Below are positions 55,175-64,000 of a stretch of 64,000 bases of DNA, piece after piece (positions within the stretch are counted from its first letter, which is position 1; the number at the start of each line of letters is the position of its first letter). Under the pieces are notes generated by a model that was given only the letters and a program-made list of their open reading frames with translations, made no database searches and was not told where the DNA came from. This DNA is from a virus, in IMG/VR virus record IMGVR_UViG_3300033273_000550, positions 38,013 through 102,012 of that record; one strand, 5' to 3'. The position numbers and the translations under genes were made by a program.

Positions 55175-55753
55175 ATGGCACAACTATTAGTAGACGTTAC
55201 ACCATTTAAACCTACACTCAGAGAGTCTAAATCTAGACCAGGAGTATTCGAGGTAGAAGGTGTTATGCAAAGAGCTAAAGCTCAAAATCAAAACGGTCGT
55301 GTTTATAAAAAAGAAATTTTAGAGAGAGAAGCTAAGAAGTATATGGAGGAGTTCGTAAAGAACGGTAATGCATTCGGAGAATTAGATCATCCTGAAACTC
55401 CTGTAGTTTCTCTAAAAAATGCTTCTCACGTAGTGAAAGACCTTTGGTGGAAGGGTGATGACCTAATGGGTAGAGTAGAACTACTAAACACCCCTGCAGG
55501 TAATATAGTAAAAGAAATTATTAAAGCAGGACATACTATAGGTATAAGCTCTAGAGGAACAGGCTCAGTACATCAGACTAATGAAGGAACCTTAGAAGTA
55601 CAACCAGATTTTGATTTAGTATGTTGGGATTTTGTATCTAATCCTTCTACTCATGGTGCTTTTATGAACCCTGTATCTCTACAGGAGAGTAAAGTTAAAT
55701 TACCAAAATACCACAACTTAAACAGTATTATTAACGATATTTTAAGAGCTTAA
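55175..55753 (+). CDS. Prohead protease (T4 gp21-like)
   Basis: NQNGRVY, GELDHP, GISSRG.GS and DFV..PST motifs. Confidence 0.95.
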   Translation: MAQLLVDVTPFKPTLRESKSRPGVFEVEGVMQRAKAQNQNGRVYKKEILEREAKKYMEEFVKNGNAFGELDHPETPVVSLKNASHVVKDLWWKGDDLMGRVELLNTPAGNIVKEIIKAGHTIGISSRGTGSVHQTNEGTLEVQPDFDLVCWDFVSNPSTHGAFMNPVSLQESKVKLPKYHNLNSIINDILRA

Positions 55754-55775
55754 TTAGTTTTTCTAAAACAGTATA

Positions 55776-55782
55776 TATTTAT
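55776..55782 (+). promoter_or_regulatory. Putative late promoter TATTTAT (representative copy)
   Basis: Same heptamer precedes late genes at 13244, 17461, 19820, 29244, 41552, 44197, 50399, 52325, 53425, 58712 and 61110. Confidence 0.65.
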
Positions 55783-55878
55783 ATAAAAGAATATACAGTC
55801 ACTTATACTGTATCAACTAATTAAATTTTCTAATTACGATTCCTAATAATCGTAGAAATCACAATTATTTTAATCACA

Positions 55879-57033
55879 ATGGCGAATAAGGATTTATTCA
55901 AGCAAGCGATTGCTGAAGCTAAATCGGTTAGAGAAGCTGCTATTGCCAATGCTAAAGAGGCTTTAGAAGAATCATTAACTCCGCATCTTAAAGATATGTT
56001 GGCTGCTAAACTTCAAGAAATGGAAGATAAATCTGTTGAAGAAGAAGTAGTAAACGAAATCGAAGAAGAGCTTGAAGAAGCTAATCACGATAAGAAAGAT
56101 GATGAGAAGATGGAGGAAGCTAAAGATGACAAAAAAGACGAAGCAATAGAAGAAGACTTAACTGAAGTACCAGCAGTTGCTGAAGAAGACGAAGCAGAGG
56201 ATGACTCAGACGAATCTGAGGACGATGCTGAGGTTGAAGAACCAGAGCATGACCACGACGAGGTTGACGGTGATGAAGATTTATCTAAACTATCTGTAGA
56301 TCAGTTTAAAGATTTAATCAGAGACATCATTAATCAAGAAATGGGTGCTGACGCAGCTCCTGATATGGACGGCGGTGATATCGAAGGTATGGGCGATGAG
56401 CCTGCTATCGAAGAACCAGCTGGAGATGATCTAGGAGGCGATGATGAAGAAGAAATCAATTTAGATGAACTTCTTCAAGAACTTGAAGCTATTTCTGAAC
56501 AAGAAGTAGAAGAAGGTAAAAAAGAAGACAAAATGGAAGAAGGCAACAAAGATAAAGTTGACGAAGCAGAAGAGTTAGAAGAAGACACTAACAATCAAAT
56601 GGAAGCTGAATCTGATACTAAAGATCACAACGTTAATAACGTACAATCAGGTGCTCTTAAAGAAGAATTAGATCAGGCTCTAGAAACGATTGAAACTCTT
56701 AAATCAGAGTTAAATGAAGTGAATATCTTAAACTCTAAATTACTTTACGTAAACAAGATCTTTAAAGCTAATTCTCTTTCAGAAAGTCAAAAAGTAAACA
56801 TTATTGCTGCTTTCGATAAAGCTGAAACAGTGAAAGAAGTAAAATTAGTTTACGAAACAGTTTCTGATAACTTCTCAAGTAAAAAAGAAGTTAAAAACGA
56901 AACAATCAAAGAAGCTAAAAATTTAAGCATGGCATCTAAAGCAGGCGGAACATCAGCTGCGAAACCAGAAGTTATCGCAGAGGTATCTGATACTGTGAGA
57001 AGAATGCAAAAATTAGCTGGAATCATTAAATAA
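55879..57033 (+). CDS. Prohead scaffolding protein (gp22-like)
   Basis: Acidic coiled coil between protease and MCP; C-terminal RMQKLAGI. Confidence 0.8.
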   Translation: MANKDLFKQAIAEAKSVREAAIANAKEALEESLTPHLKDMLAAKLQEMEDKSVEEEVVNEIEEELEEANHDKKDDEKMEEAKDDKKDEAIEEDLTEVPAVAEEDEAEDDSDESEDDAEVEEPEHDHDEVDGDEDLSKLSVDQFKDLIRDIINQEMGADAAPDMDGGDIEGMGDEPAIEEPAGDDLGGDDEEEINLDELLQELEAISEQEVEEGKKEDKMEEGNKDKVDEAEELEEDTNNQMEAESDTKDHNVNNVQSGALKEELDQALETIETLKSELNEVNILNSKLLYVNKIFKANSLSESQKVNIIAAFDKAETVKEVKLVYETVSDNFSSKKEVKNETIKEAKNLSMASKAGGTSAAKPEVIAEVSDTVRRMQKLAGIIK

Positions 57034-57059
57034 ATTAATTCATTTTTTAAACCTTAATC

Positions 57060-58655
57060 ATGGAAATTAACAACCTTTTAGAGAGCTCGAATACTTACAA
57101 AAGTATGTTAGCTGACTCTGTAAAGCTTGCTGAGAAGTGGAATGCATCTGGATTGTTAGAAGGTATCGGAGATGAGAGAGTCAAAAATAACATGGCTGTC
57201 ATCTTAGAAAACCAAGCTAAACAAGTAGTTGCTGAAGCAAATACTACTAACGTTGGTGGAGGATCTTTCTCTGCTGGTGCTGGTGAGCAGTGGGCTGGAG
57301 TAGTTCTACCATTAGTAAGAAAAGTATTCGCTCAAATCGTTGCTCAAGATTTCGTTTCTGTACAGCCAATGAACCTACCATCTGGTCTTGTATTCTATCT
57401 AGACTTCAAATACGGAGATACTAGAAATGGAAGATCATCAGGAGACAACTTGTACGGTAATGTATCTTCTGCATCTGCAAAAATGTCTGTAGACGAAGAA
57501 GTAAGCGGCGGTCTTTACGGTGCTGGACAGTTTGGTTATTCAATCAACTCTGCATCTAAAGCATTCAACAGTACAGCAACTGGATCTGCTACATCTGCAT
57601 CTATCGCTTATGACGATGATAAAGTAGTAGGAGACTTCAAAACATTAGCAGTAACTTTTGCTAATAGTGATAACGCTGACCTTAAAGGAGTAAGAGCATT
57701 TAGAATTTTATCTGCTTCTACTGACATTACATCACACCCAGAATTAACTACTGTATCTGGTAACACAGTAACTTTCGTAGTAACAGGATCTAACGTAACT
57801 GCTGCATCTGTAAACGCTACTGTAATATACCACAAACAGCCAGTTGATAATGACAGAGGTGATTTCGAAGCTGATGGAGGAGACGGAAACAACGTACAGC
57901 CTTCTATCGCTATCCCATCTATTGACGTCAAATTAGCTAGTGAAGCGATTGTTGCTAAGACTAGAAAATTAAAGGCTCAATGGACACCAGAATTCGCTCA
58001 AGATCTTAACGCTTACCACAGCATCGACGCTGAGGCTGAGTTAACATCTTTATTGAGTGAATATATCTCAATGGAGATTGATCTTGAGATTTTAGATATG
58101 TTAATCCAAGACGCTGTTACAACTGAAAGATGGTCTGTTAAATCAAACAGAGTATGGAATGGAACAGCTTGGGCTAACTTAAACCCAATTTATTACAATA
58201 CTCAAGGACAGTGGTTCCAAACTTTAGGAACTAAAATCCAAAAAGTATCTAATAAAATCCACCAAAAAACTTTAAGAGGTGGAGCTAACTTCATCGTATG
58301 TTCTCCAAACGTTGCAACTATCCTAGAATCTATTCCTGGATATGCTGCTAACACTGACGGAGATCAAATGGAGTTCAACATGGGAGTACAAAGAGTTGGT
58401 AGCTTAGCTAACAGATTCAAAGTATACAAGAACCCTTATATGACTGAGAACATCATGTTGTTAGGATATAGAGGATCTCAATTCTTAGAAACTGGAGCGG
58501 TATATGCACCATATGTACCATTAATGATGACTCCTCTAGTGTACGATCCAGACACTTTCACACCAAGAAAAGGTCTGATGACTAGATACGCTAAGAAGAT
58601 GATTAGACCAGAATTCTATGGTAAGATCTTTATCTCTGATCTAAACGATCTATAA
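57060..58655 (+). CDS. Major capsid protein (T4 gp23-like)
   Basis: SVQPM..PSGL.F, AKTRKLKA.W..E.AQDL.A.H.IDAE.EL, YAPY.PL and TRYA motifs. Confidence 0.96.
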   Translation: MEINNLLESSNTYKSMLADSVKLAEKWNASGLLEGIGDERVKNNMAVILENQAKQVVAEANTTNVGGGSFSAGAGEQWAGVVLPLVRKVFAQIVAQDFVSVQPMNLPSGLVFYLDFKYGDTRNGRSSGDNLYGNVSSASAKMSVDEEVSGGLYGAGQFGYSINSASKAFNSTATGSATSASIAYDDDKVVGDFKTLAVTFANSDNADLKGVRAFRILSASTDITSHPELTTVSGNTVTFVVTGSNVTAASVNATVIYHKQPVDNDRGDFEADGGDGNNVQPSIAIPSIDVKLASEAIVAKTRKLKAQWTPEFAQDLNAYHSIDAEAELTSLLSEYISMEIDLEILDMLIQDAVTTERWSVKSNRVWNGTAWANLNPIYYNTQGQWFQTLGTKIQKVSNKIHQKTLRGGANFIVCSPNVATILESIPGYAANTDGDQMEFNMGVQRVGSLANRFKVYKNPYMTENIMLLGYRGSQFLETGAVYAPYVPLMMTPLVYDPDTFTPRKGLMTRYAKKMIRPEFYGKIFISDLNDL

Positions 58656-58683
58656 GATATATCTTAGAATATAAATAAGAAAG

Positions 58684-58708
58684 GAGGCCTTCGGGCCTCT
58701 TTTTTTTT
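58684..58708 (+). terminator. Rho-independent terminator after MCP
   Basis: GAGGCC-TTCG-GGCCTC followed by T9. Confidence 0.92.
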
Positions 58709-58733
58709 ACCTATTTATAATAAAACTATAGGA

Positions 58734-59171
58734 ATGGCAAACTTAACTGTAAGAATATTCGAAAAACTTACACTCGACGATAACGTTCACGATAATGTAT
58801 ACGAAAAGACCTTCAGCGGTGTAAACTATATAGACCATAGGAGATTAAATGCTTCTAGTGGTTCCAATACCTCTATATTCAAAATTAATAATAATGTAGC
58901 AGCAGGTACCTTTGTTACTTCCTCTATAGTATACGGTAGAGTATCTAACTTAAGTACTGAGTATGACGTGAGTTTACAGGTTTCTAGCTCTACTGAAAGT
59001 TTTTATCAAAGGATATCCCCAGGAGGAACTTATGTTTTAAGTTCAACAGAGTTTACTGGAAGTGCTTATGCTGATTCTTCTGTAGCTTTATCTTTTGATC
59101 AAATAGAAGAATTAAAAGTAGAACCTATTTCTGGCTCAGCTAAGATAGAATACTACATAACAACTAGTTAA
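58734..59171 (+). CDS. Hypothetical virion protein
   Basis: Beta-rich ORF after MCP; TATTTAT upstream. Confidence 0.6.
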   Translation: MANLTVRIFEKLTLDDNVHDNVYEKTFSGVNYIDHRRLNASSGSNTSIFKINNNVAAGTFVTSSIVYGRVSNLSTEYDVSLQVSSSTESFYQRISPGGTYVLSSTEFTGSAYADSSVALSFDQIEELKVEPISGSAKIEYYITTS

Positions 59172-59173
59172 AT

Positions 59174-60316
59174 ATGGCTAATATACAGATTTGGGATGGG
59201 TCCGCTACCTTTAGTCCAGGTATGACACCATTTGGATTTTACGATAATGACACTGATTTCCAAACAGAAGCAGTTAAAGTAGCTAAATTTTGTGCTACTA
59301 GATTAGGATATCCTCTGATGGATGTGGAATTACAATCCGGATCTTTCTTTGCTTGCTTTGAAGAAGCAGTAACTACCTACGGTAATATAGTATTTCAGTA
59401 TAAAATTAGAGAGAACTACTTAACTATGGAGGGAGCTTCAAGTGAAACCTCTATTAATGATAAGTTAATTAATGCTTCTCTAGCTAGAATGATAGAAATC
59501 AGTCAAGAGTACGGTACTGAAGCAGAAGTAGGAGGAAAGGTAACATTACACACAGGTTCCCTTAGTTTATCGGTAAATAAACAGAAGTATGACTTAGATC
59601 AATGGGCTGTTGATAATAATATAGAAGGAGGAATAGAAGTTAGACGTATATTTTATGAAGCTCCTCCTGCTATCTTAAGATATTTTGATCCTTATGCTGG
59701 TACTGGAACAGGAATACAGTCGCTAATGGATGCTTTTGACTTTGGATCTTATTCTCCTGGTATAAACTTTCTATTAATGCCTGCATCTTATGATATGCTT
59801 AAGGTTCAAGCTATAGAATTTAATGATCAAGTAAGAAGATCATCATATTCCTTTGAAATAACTAATAATCAGTTAACTATCTTTCCTATACCTAAGACAG
59901 CTGCTAATTTAAGGTTTGAATACTATACTTTAGATGAAAAACAACAAGCTGTATTTCAAGACGGAAGAAATAAAATAAATAACGTATCAGAAGTACCATA
60001 TGATAACCCAGAATTTATCAAAATTAATACTCCTGGTAGGGATTGGATATATAGATATACTTTAGCATTAGCTAAAGAGCTTTTAGCATACGTAAGAGGT
60101 AAATATACAGTAGTACCTGTACCAGGTTCAGAAACTACCTTGAATCAAGCAGATTTATTAACTGATGCTAGAGCAGAAAAAGCAAAACTACTTGATGAAT
60201 TAGCTGAACTGTTAGCTATTGCTTCTAGAAAGAGTCAATTAGAGCAACAAGCTGCGGAAACTAACGCTTTACAGCAAACATTAGGTGGAGTACCAATGAA
60301 AATATATGTAGGATAG
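59174..60316 (+). CDS. Neck/head-tail adaptor (gp13-like)
   Basis: RLGYP..DVEL; WI..Y.LA.AKE.L...RGKY..VP.PG...LN. Confidence 0.82.
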   Translation: MANIQIWDGSATFSPGMTPFGFYDNDTDFQTEAVKVAKFCATRLGYPLMDVELQSGSFFACFEEAVTTYGNIVFQYKIRENYLTMEGASSETSINDKLINASLARMIEISQEYGTEAEVGGKVTLHTGSLSLSVNKQKYDLDQWAVDNNIEGGIEVRRIFYEAPPAILRYFDPYAGTGTGIQSLMDAFDFGSYSPGINFLLMPASYDMLKVQAIEFNDQVRRSSYSFEITNNQLTIFPIPKTAANLRFEYYTLDEKQQAVFQDGRNKINNVSEVPYDNPEFIKINTPGRDWIYRYTLALAKELLAYVRGKYTVVPVPGSETTLNQADLLTDARAEKAKLLDELAELLAIASRKSQLEQQAAETNALQQTLGGVPMKIYVG

Positions 60317-60618
60317 TGAAACTACTAGATATTATAAAGGAAATAATTAACTTTAATACATACGAAGGTATGGTACAAGTTATTTATGATGAAAGTGAAG
60401 GAAGTACTAAGGTAGCCGAATTAATAAGAGCGTTACCTGGAGTTACTACTGTAACTTTAGCTTCTGACGAAGGAAGAGGTAGAGAAACTTTAAAAGTAAA
60501 ACTAATATCTCAGAAATCCCCTAAAGAAGCCTTTGATAGTATGAAGAAAAATGCTATATCTAAATATACTCCTATAAGAGTAGTAAATATAGCGTATAAA
60601 ACTATAACTAAGAAGTAA
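60316..60618 (+). CDS. Putative internal head protein
   Basis: GTG start; MKLLDIIKE leader; IRALPGVT.V. Confidence 0.55.
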   Translation: MKLLDIIKEIINFNTYEGMVQVIYDESEGSTKVAELIRALPGVTTVTLASDEGRGRETLKVKLISQKSPKEAFDSMKKNAISKYTPIRVVNIAYKTITKK

Positions 60619-61118
60619 TGCTGTTTGGAAGTAATAGAGATTTCGACTTATTAGTCAATATCAACAGAGAACTGTTAAAAGACGTAATAGAACAAGAGAT
60701 TCTATACTATAAATTTAGTTTAGAAGATACTGATGTTAATATTTACGGTGAAGCTATGTCGAAAAACTACTGGACTCCTATTAAAATGAACTGTTTAGTA
60801 ACTAGAGGTGATCAAGTAGTAACAGCAGACCAATTAGAACTACCGGATCTTACAAGAGAAGCTTCTTTTGCTATGATTAGACAAGATTTAGAAGATTTAT
60901 CTTTAGTTCCTGAAGTAGGAGACATAATAAATTGGCAAGAAGACTACTATGAAGTAGATACAGTAAGGGAAAATGAACTATTTGTAGGTAAAGATAAGAG
61001 TTATAACTTAACTAACTACGGATCACGCTTTGGATCTTCACTTTCTATTATAGTAGACTGTCATCAGACAAGAAGAGAAAAAACTGGTATACAATTTGAA
61101 GGTACCACTTATTTATAA
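60618..61118 (+). CDS. Neck/head-closure protein (gp14-like)
   Basis: IYGEA; P.VGDII.W...YYEV. Confidence 0.72.
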   Translation: MLFGSNRDFDLLVNINRELLKDVIEQEILYYKFSLEDTDVNIYGEAMSKNYWTPIKMNCLVTRGDQVVTADQLELPDLTREASFAMIRQDLEDLSLVPEVGDIINWQEDYYEVDTVRENELFVGKDKSYNLTNYGSRFGSSLSIIVDCHQTRREKTGIQFEGTTYL

Positions 61119-61121
61119 TAT

Positions 61122-61409
61122 ATGAAACTAATTGATATCTTAAGGGAAGAAGAAGAATGGAGACAAGATACTCCAAGCTTTAAAACTAAACGCACTGGAC
61201 AAGATCCTGAAACAGGTACTATATCCTGGGATATTGAATATACCCCGCTAAAAGGCGTAGATAATGCTATAGATAAAGCTTATGAAGAGTATAAAGAAGT
61301 TTTGAGAAAGTATCCTGACGATCAAAAGTTAGATAAGTTATTTGACGTGTTTGCTTCCTTTAAAAAAGCATTTAGAACTCATGTAAGTAGAAAATATGGC
61401 AGACAGTAA
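61122..61409 (+). CDS. Putative internal head protein
   Basis: MKLIDILRE leader; TATTTAT upstream. Confidence 0.55.
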   Translation: MKLIDILREEEEWRQDTPSFKTKRTGQDPETGTISWDIEYTPLKGVDNAIDKAYEEYKEVLRKYPDDQKLDKLFDVFASFKKAFRTHVSRKYGRQ

Positions 61410-62253
61410 CGTAAATCCTAAAAGTCAAGCAGAATTAAGACGAGAAACTATTCAAACCTATGGTGTTGAAGGGTATTCTGGTTCATTAGCTGATCTTCCT
61501 AATAACAAAAAAAGAGAAGAACAACGATCAGTAAAGAATGATGATGTTCAAACTCTTAAAATTGGGTTAAGAGATATAGATGAAGCTATATTCTACTACT
61601 TTAAGAATGTTATTAAGCCAACTGTAATTCAAAATAACTCTCAAAAGAACGTTCCTGTACTTTACGGTTCACCTGAACGCTGGAAAGCAGTGCAAAAAGA
61701 CGGTTTTTTCCGTGATAGAAACGGTAAAATACAATTACCTTTAATACTTGTAAGAAGAGATAGTATAGAAAAGAATAGACAGTTAGGAAATAAGATGGAT
61801 GCTAACAATCCAAATAACTTTGGAGTGTTTGAAAAGAGATGGTCGAAGAAAAACCAATACGATCGCTTTTCTATATTAAATAATAGATCAGAAGTTACTG
61901 AGTATCATGCAGTTGTTATTCCTGATTACGTAAATATAACGTATTCTTGTATAATGTTTACAGAGTACTTTGAACAAATGAATAAATTAATAGAAGCAGT
62001 TAACTATGCTTCAGATTCTTACTGGGGTGACCCTGAAAAATTTAGTTTTAGAGCTATGATAAATGATTACAGCACAGTAACTGAAGTTAATCAAGGTCAA
62101 GATAGAACTGTAAGAACTAATTTTACTATAAACCTATTAGGACATATAATTCCTGATACAATTAACACTCTTCCTCAAGGATCTAGAAAGTATTTTAGCA
62201 AATCTTCTGTTTTATTTGGGTTAGAGACTGTAAAAGATATAAATGACATATAA
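61396..62253 (+). CDS. Tail terminator/sheath stabiliser (gp15-like)
   Basis: VPV.YG.PERW...LP.I; P.YV.I.Y...QMN..IE. Confidence 0.72.
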   Translation: MADSNVNPKSQAELRRETIQTYGVEGYSGSLADLPNNKKREEQRSVKNDDVQTLKIGLRDIDEAIFYYFKNVIKPTVIQNNSQKNVPVLYGSPERWKAVQKDGFFRDRNGKIQLPLILVRRDSIEKNRQLGNKMDANNPNNFGVFEKRWSKKNQYDRFSILNNRSEVTEYHAVVIPDYVNITYSCIMFTEYFEQMNKLIEAVNYASDSYWGDPEKFSFRAMINDYSTVTEVNQGQDRTVRTNFTINLLGHIIPDTINTLPQGSRKYFSKSSVLFGLETVKDINDI

Positions 62254-62657
62254 TGGCAAGATATTCAAAAACAAGAATCACATCCCGTTCGGTAAGATTC
62301 TACGATCAAGCGAATACTTCTTTAAATATACAAAATATTGAAGAATCTATGACAGCAGAACAAATATTATACTTAGGAACCAATAATGGATATACAAGTA
62401 ACAGTAAGACTGTAACTATAGATACTGGTTCTAATACAATTACTTTTGAAGAAGTACAGTTTGCTACACCACCTTCTGGGTTTCCTGCACAAACTAAGAA
62501 GGATTTCGTCGTATTTATAAATGGAGTATCAGTTGAATTTGATGCAATCGATTCCATTGTTGAATCTGGTGATGATGTAGTAATAACAGTTAACAATGCT
62601 CTTAATTTTGACATAGAACAAGATGATGAGTACATGATAACAGGTAAATTAGCGTAG
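62253..62657 (+). CDS. Hypothetical virion protein
   Basis: VFING...DD...I.GK beta-domain pattern. Confidence 0.55.
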   Translation: MARYSKTRITSRSVRFYDQANTSLNIQNIEESMTAEQILYLGTNNGYTSNSKTVTIDTGSNTITFEEVQFATPPSGFPAQTKKDFVVFINGVSVEFDAIDSIVESGDDVVITVNNALNFDIEQDDEYMITGKLA

Positions 62658-62660
62658 TAG

Positions 62661-64000
62661 ATGGCATTAATTAAATGGAAACAGATAAGTGAACAGTTAG
62701 GAGACTACGGAATACTATCCGGCTCTCTTAATATCTCAGGTTCAATTCTACTCAATGGAGCTAATTTAGCAGCATCTGGTGGTGTTCCTCAAACTTTATC
62801 TGTATCCGGTACTGATATTACAATTTCTGATGGAAATACGATCAGTATTGCAGGTACAACAGGAAGTTTAATAAATACTGCTTCTGTTTCTAATAATGTT
62901 ATTACTTTTACTAAAGGAGACGGTACTTCTTTTTCTTTAACTATAGATACTGGTTCAGGAGGTGGAGGAGCAACAGATATTTCTGCTCTAAATACTTTTA
63001 CTGGTTCTATTCAAGGAGAAGTTAATACAATCAAATCAGTTACTGGTTCATATGCAGTAACTTCTTCTAATACTTTTACAGGCTCTCAATTTTTTAGTGG
63101 AGCATTAATACCTGAAGCGTATAATTCTCAAAACGGTAAACACGATTTAGGATCTTTAACAAATCCTTGGAGAGATTTATATATTACTACAGGATCTTTA
63201 AATTTTGTTAAAGATGGAACATTAGTTTCTGTAGTATCTGGTGAACCTGATGCAATTAGAATTGGTAATATACTTATTACTACATCATCTATTGCAGTTG
63301 TAAGCGGATCTGGAGATAGTTTAACCGTAGTACAGAATGTAGTTAGTGCTTCTATATCTTCTTCCGGTGAAGTAGAAAACGTTGAACAAATTACAGCTCC
63401 TGACGGTACTGTAAGTAGCTCAGCACAAATTACAGCATTAGGATTTATATCAGAATCTTCTACTGGTTTAGTTTCTTCTTCTACTCAAATAACTGAGTTA
63501 GGATTTGTATCAAATGCTAATACAGCATCATTTCTAGTTAATTCAGATACTGCGTCTTTTATTACTAACGACGATACTGGTTCTTTTATTACTAACGACG
63601 ATACTGGTTCTTTTATTACGAGTGCAGTAACAGCATCTATGACTGTACTTTCAGCTTCTTATGCTATTTCATCTTCACATGAAATTATAACAGAGGTAAG
63701 TTCGTCTCATGCACAAAACGCTGATACAGCATCATTTATATCTGATACTTTTATTTCTGCTTCTGCAGTAAGAAGTGGGTTTGGTTCGGGAGGAGGTTCT
63801 ACTTCATATGACGGAAATAGAATAATCTCTAACGAATTACTACCAAGCTTATTTTCAGCTTCTTTTAATCCTGGTACTAGCGGCAGTATAACTGATTTTC
63901 TTAATGCAGTTTTTTATCCTAATAGTGCTCCAACTATTACCTCAACAGCAAATATAAACATAGCTGAATTTTTAGATTCAGGAAGTTCAATACATACTAT
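62661..64000 (+). CDS. Tail fibre-like protein, 3'-truncated, not in the ORF track
   Basis: MALIKWKQI...; Ser/Gly/Thr-rich with LNTFTGS and DLGS.TNPWRDLY motifs; no in-frame stop seen. Confidence 0.75.
   Translation, partial: MALIKWKQISEQLGDYGILSGSLNISGSILLNGANLAASGGVPQTLSVSGTDITISDGNTISIAGTTGSLINTASVSNNVITFTKGDGTSFSLTIDTGSGGGGATDISALNTFTGSIQGEVNTIKSVTGSYAVTSSNTFTGSQFFSGALIPEAYNSQNGKHDLGSLTNPWRDLYITTGSLNFVKDGTLVSVVSGEPDAIRIGNILITTSSIAVVSGSGDSLTVVQNVVSASISSSGEVENVEQITAPDGTVSSSAQITALGFISESSTGLVSSSTQITELGFVSNANTASFLVNSDTASFITNDDTGSFITNDDTGSFITSAVTASMTVLSASYAISSSHEIITEVSSSHAQNADTASFISDTFISASAVRSGFGSGGGSTSYDGNRIISNELLPSLFSASFNPGTSGSITDFLNAVFYPNSAPTITSTANINIAEFLDSGSSIHT
63555..63619 (+). repeat. 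27-nt perfect tandem repeat (SFITNDDTG) x2.4
   Basis: TCTTTTATTACTAACGACGATACTGGT twice plus a partial copy. Confidence 0.9.

Noticed and set aside
48822-58655. Introns or inteins in terL, portal or MCP
   Set aside because: The ORFs are continuous, of normal length and have collinear motifs.
1319-62635. Other short minus-strand and nested alternative-frame ORFs in the track
   Set aside because: They overlap well-supported + strand genes and lack promoter or leader motifs. Only 12951..13145 is supported.
1-64000. Stop-codon reassignment as in some Bacteroidota phages
   Set aside because: Core genes are intact in the standard code, and TAG and TGA terminate genes at tight junctions.

Overview
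A 64-kb segment of a large, AT-rich, T4-like dsDNA phage with contractile-tail baseplate genes. The host is most likely Bacteroidota (Flavobacteriia-like), inferred from TTG-N20-TAnnTT promoters, a Bacteroidota-type bS21 and the near absence of SD sequences. Almost all genes are on the + strand and use the standard code. Layout: (1) 1-6 kb: end of a tandem-Hint-domain protein, a 46-aa ORF, two 2OG-Fe(II) oxygenases, a SET protein, a FAD reductase and an FG-GAP lipoprotein. (2) 6-15.7 kb: early region of short promoter-headed cassettes with ribosomal protein bS21, an ArfA/BrfA-like peptide, a methyltransferase, a radical SAM enzyme and a compositionally odd non-coding zone. (3) 15.7-33.7 kb: HD protein, sigma factor, baseplate and tail-collar genes and a Thr-Pro repeat fibre. 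(4) 33.7-48.8 kb: primase, nucleases and many proteins sharing an N-terminal M-K-L-x-x-[ILV]-[IL]-x-E motif. (5) 48.8-64 kb: TerL, portal, prohead protease, scaffold, MCP, neck, tail terminator and a fibre. The best novel-system candidate is a capsid-cargo system. A shared targeting/cleavage leader is attached to diverse enzymes, including a ParB-GNAT-nucleotidyltransferase polyprotein whose domains are joined by E-N-Y junctions encoded by DNA direct repeats. The second candidate is the triple-Hint protein with its adjacent peptide and modifying enzymes. All functional calls come from motif recognition by eye; no database searches were run.
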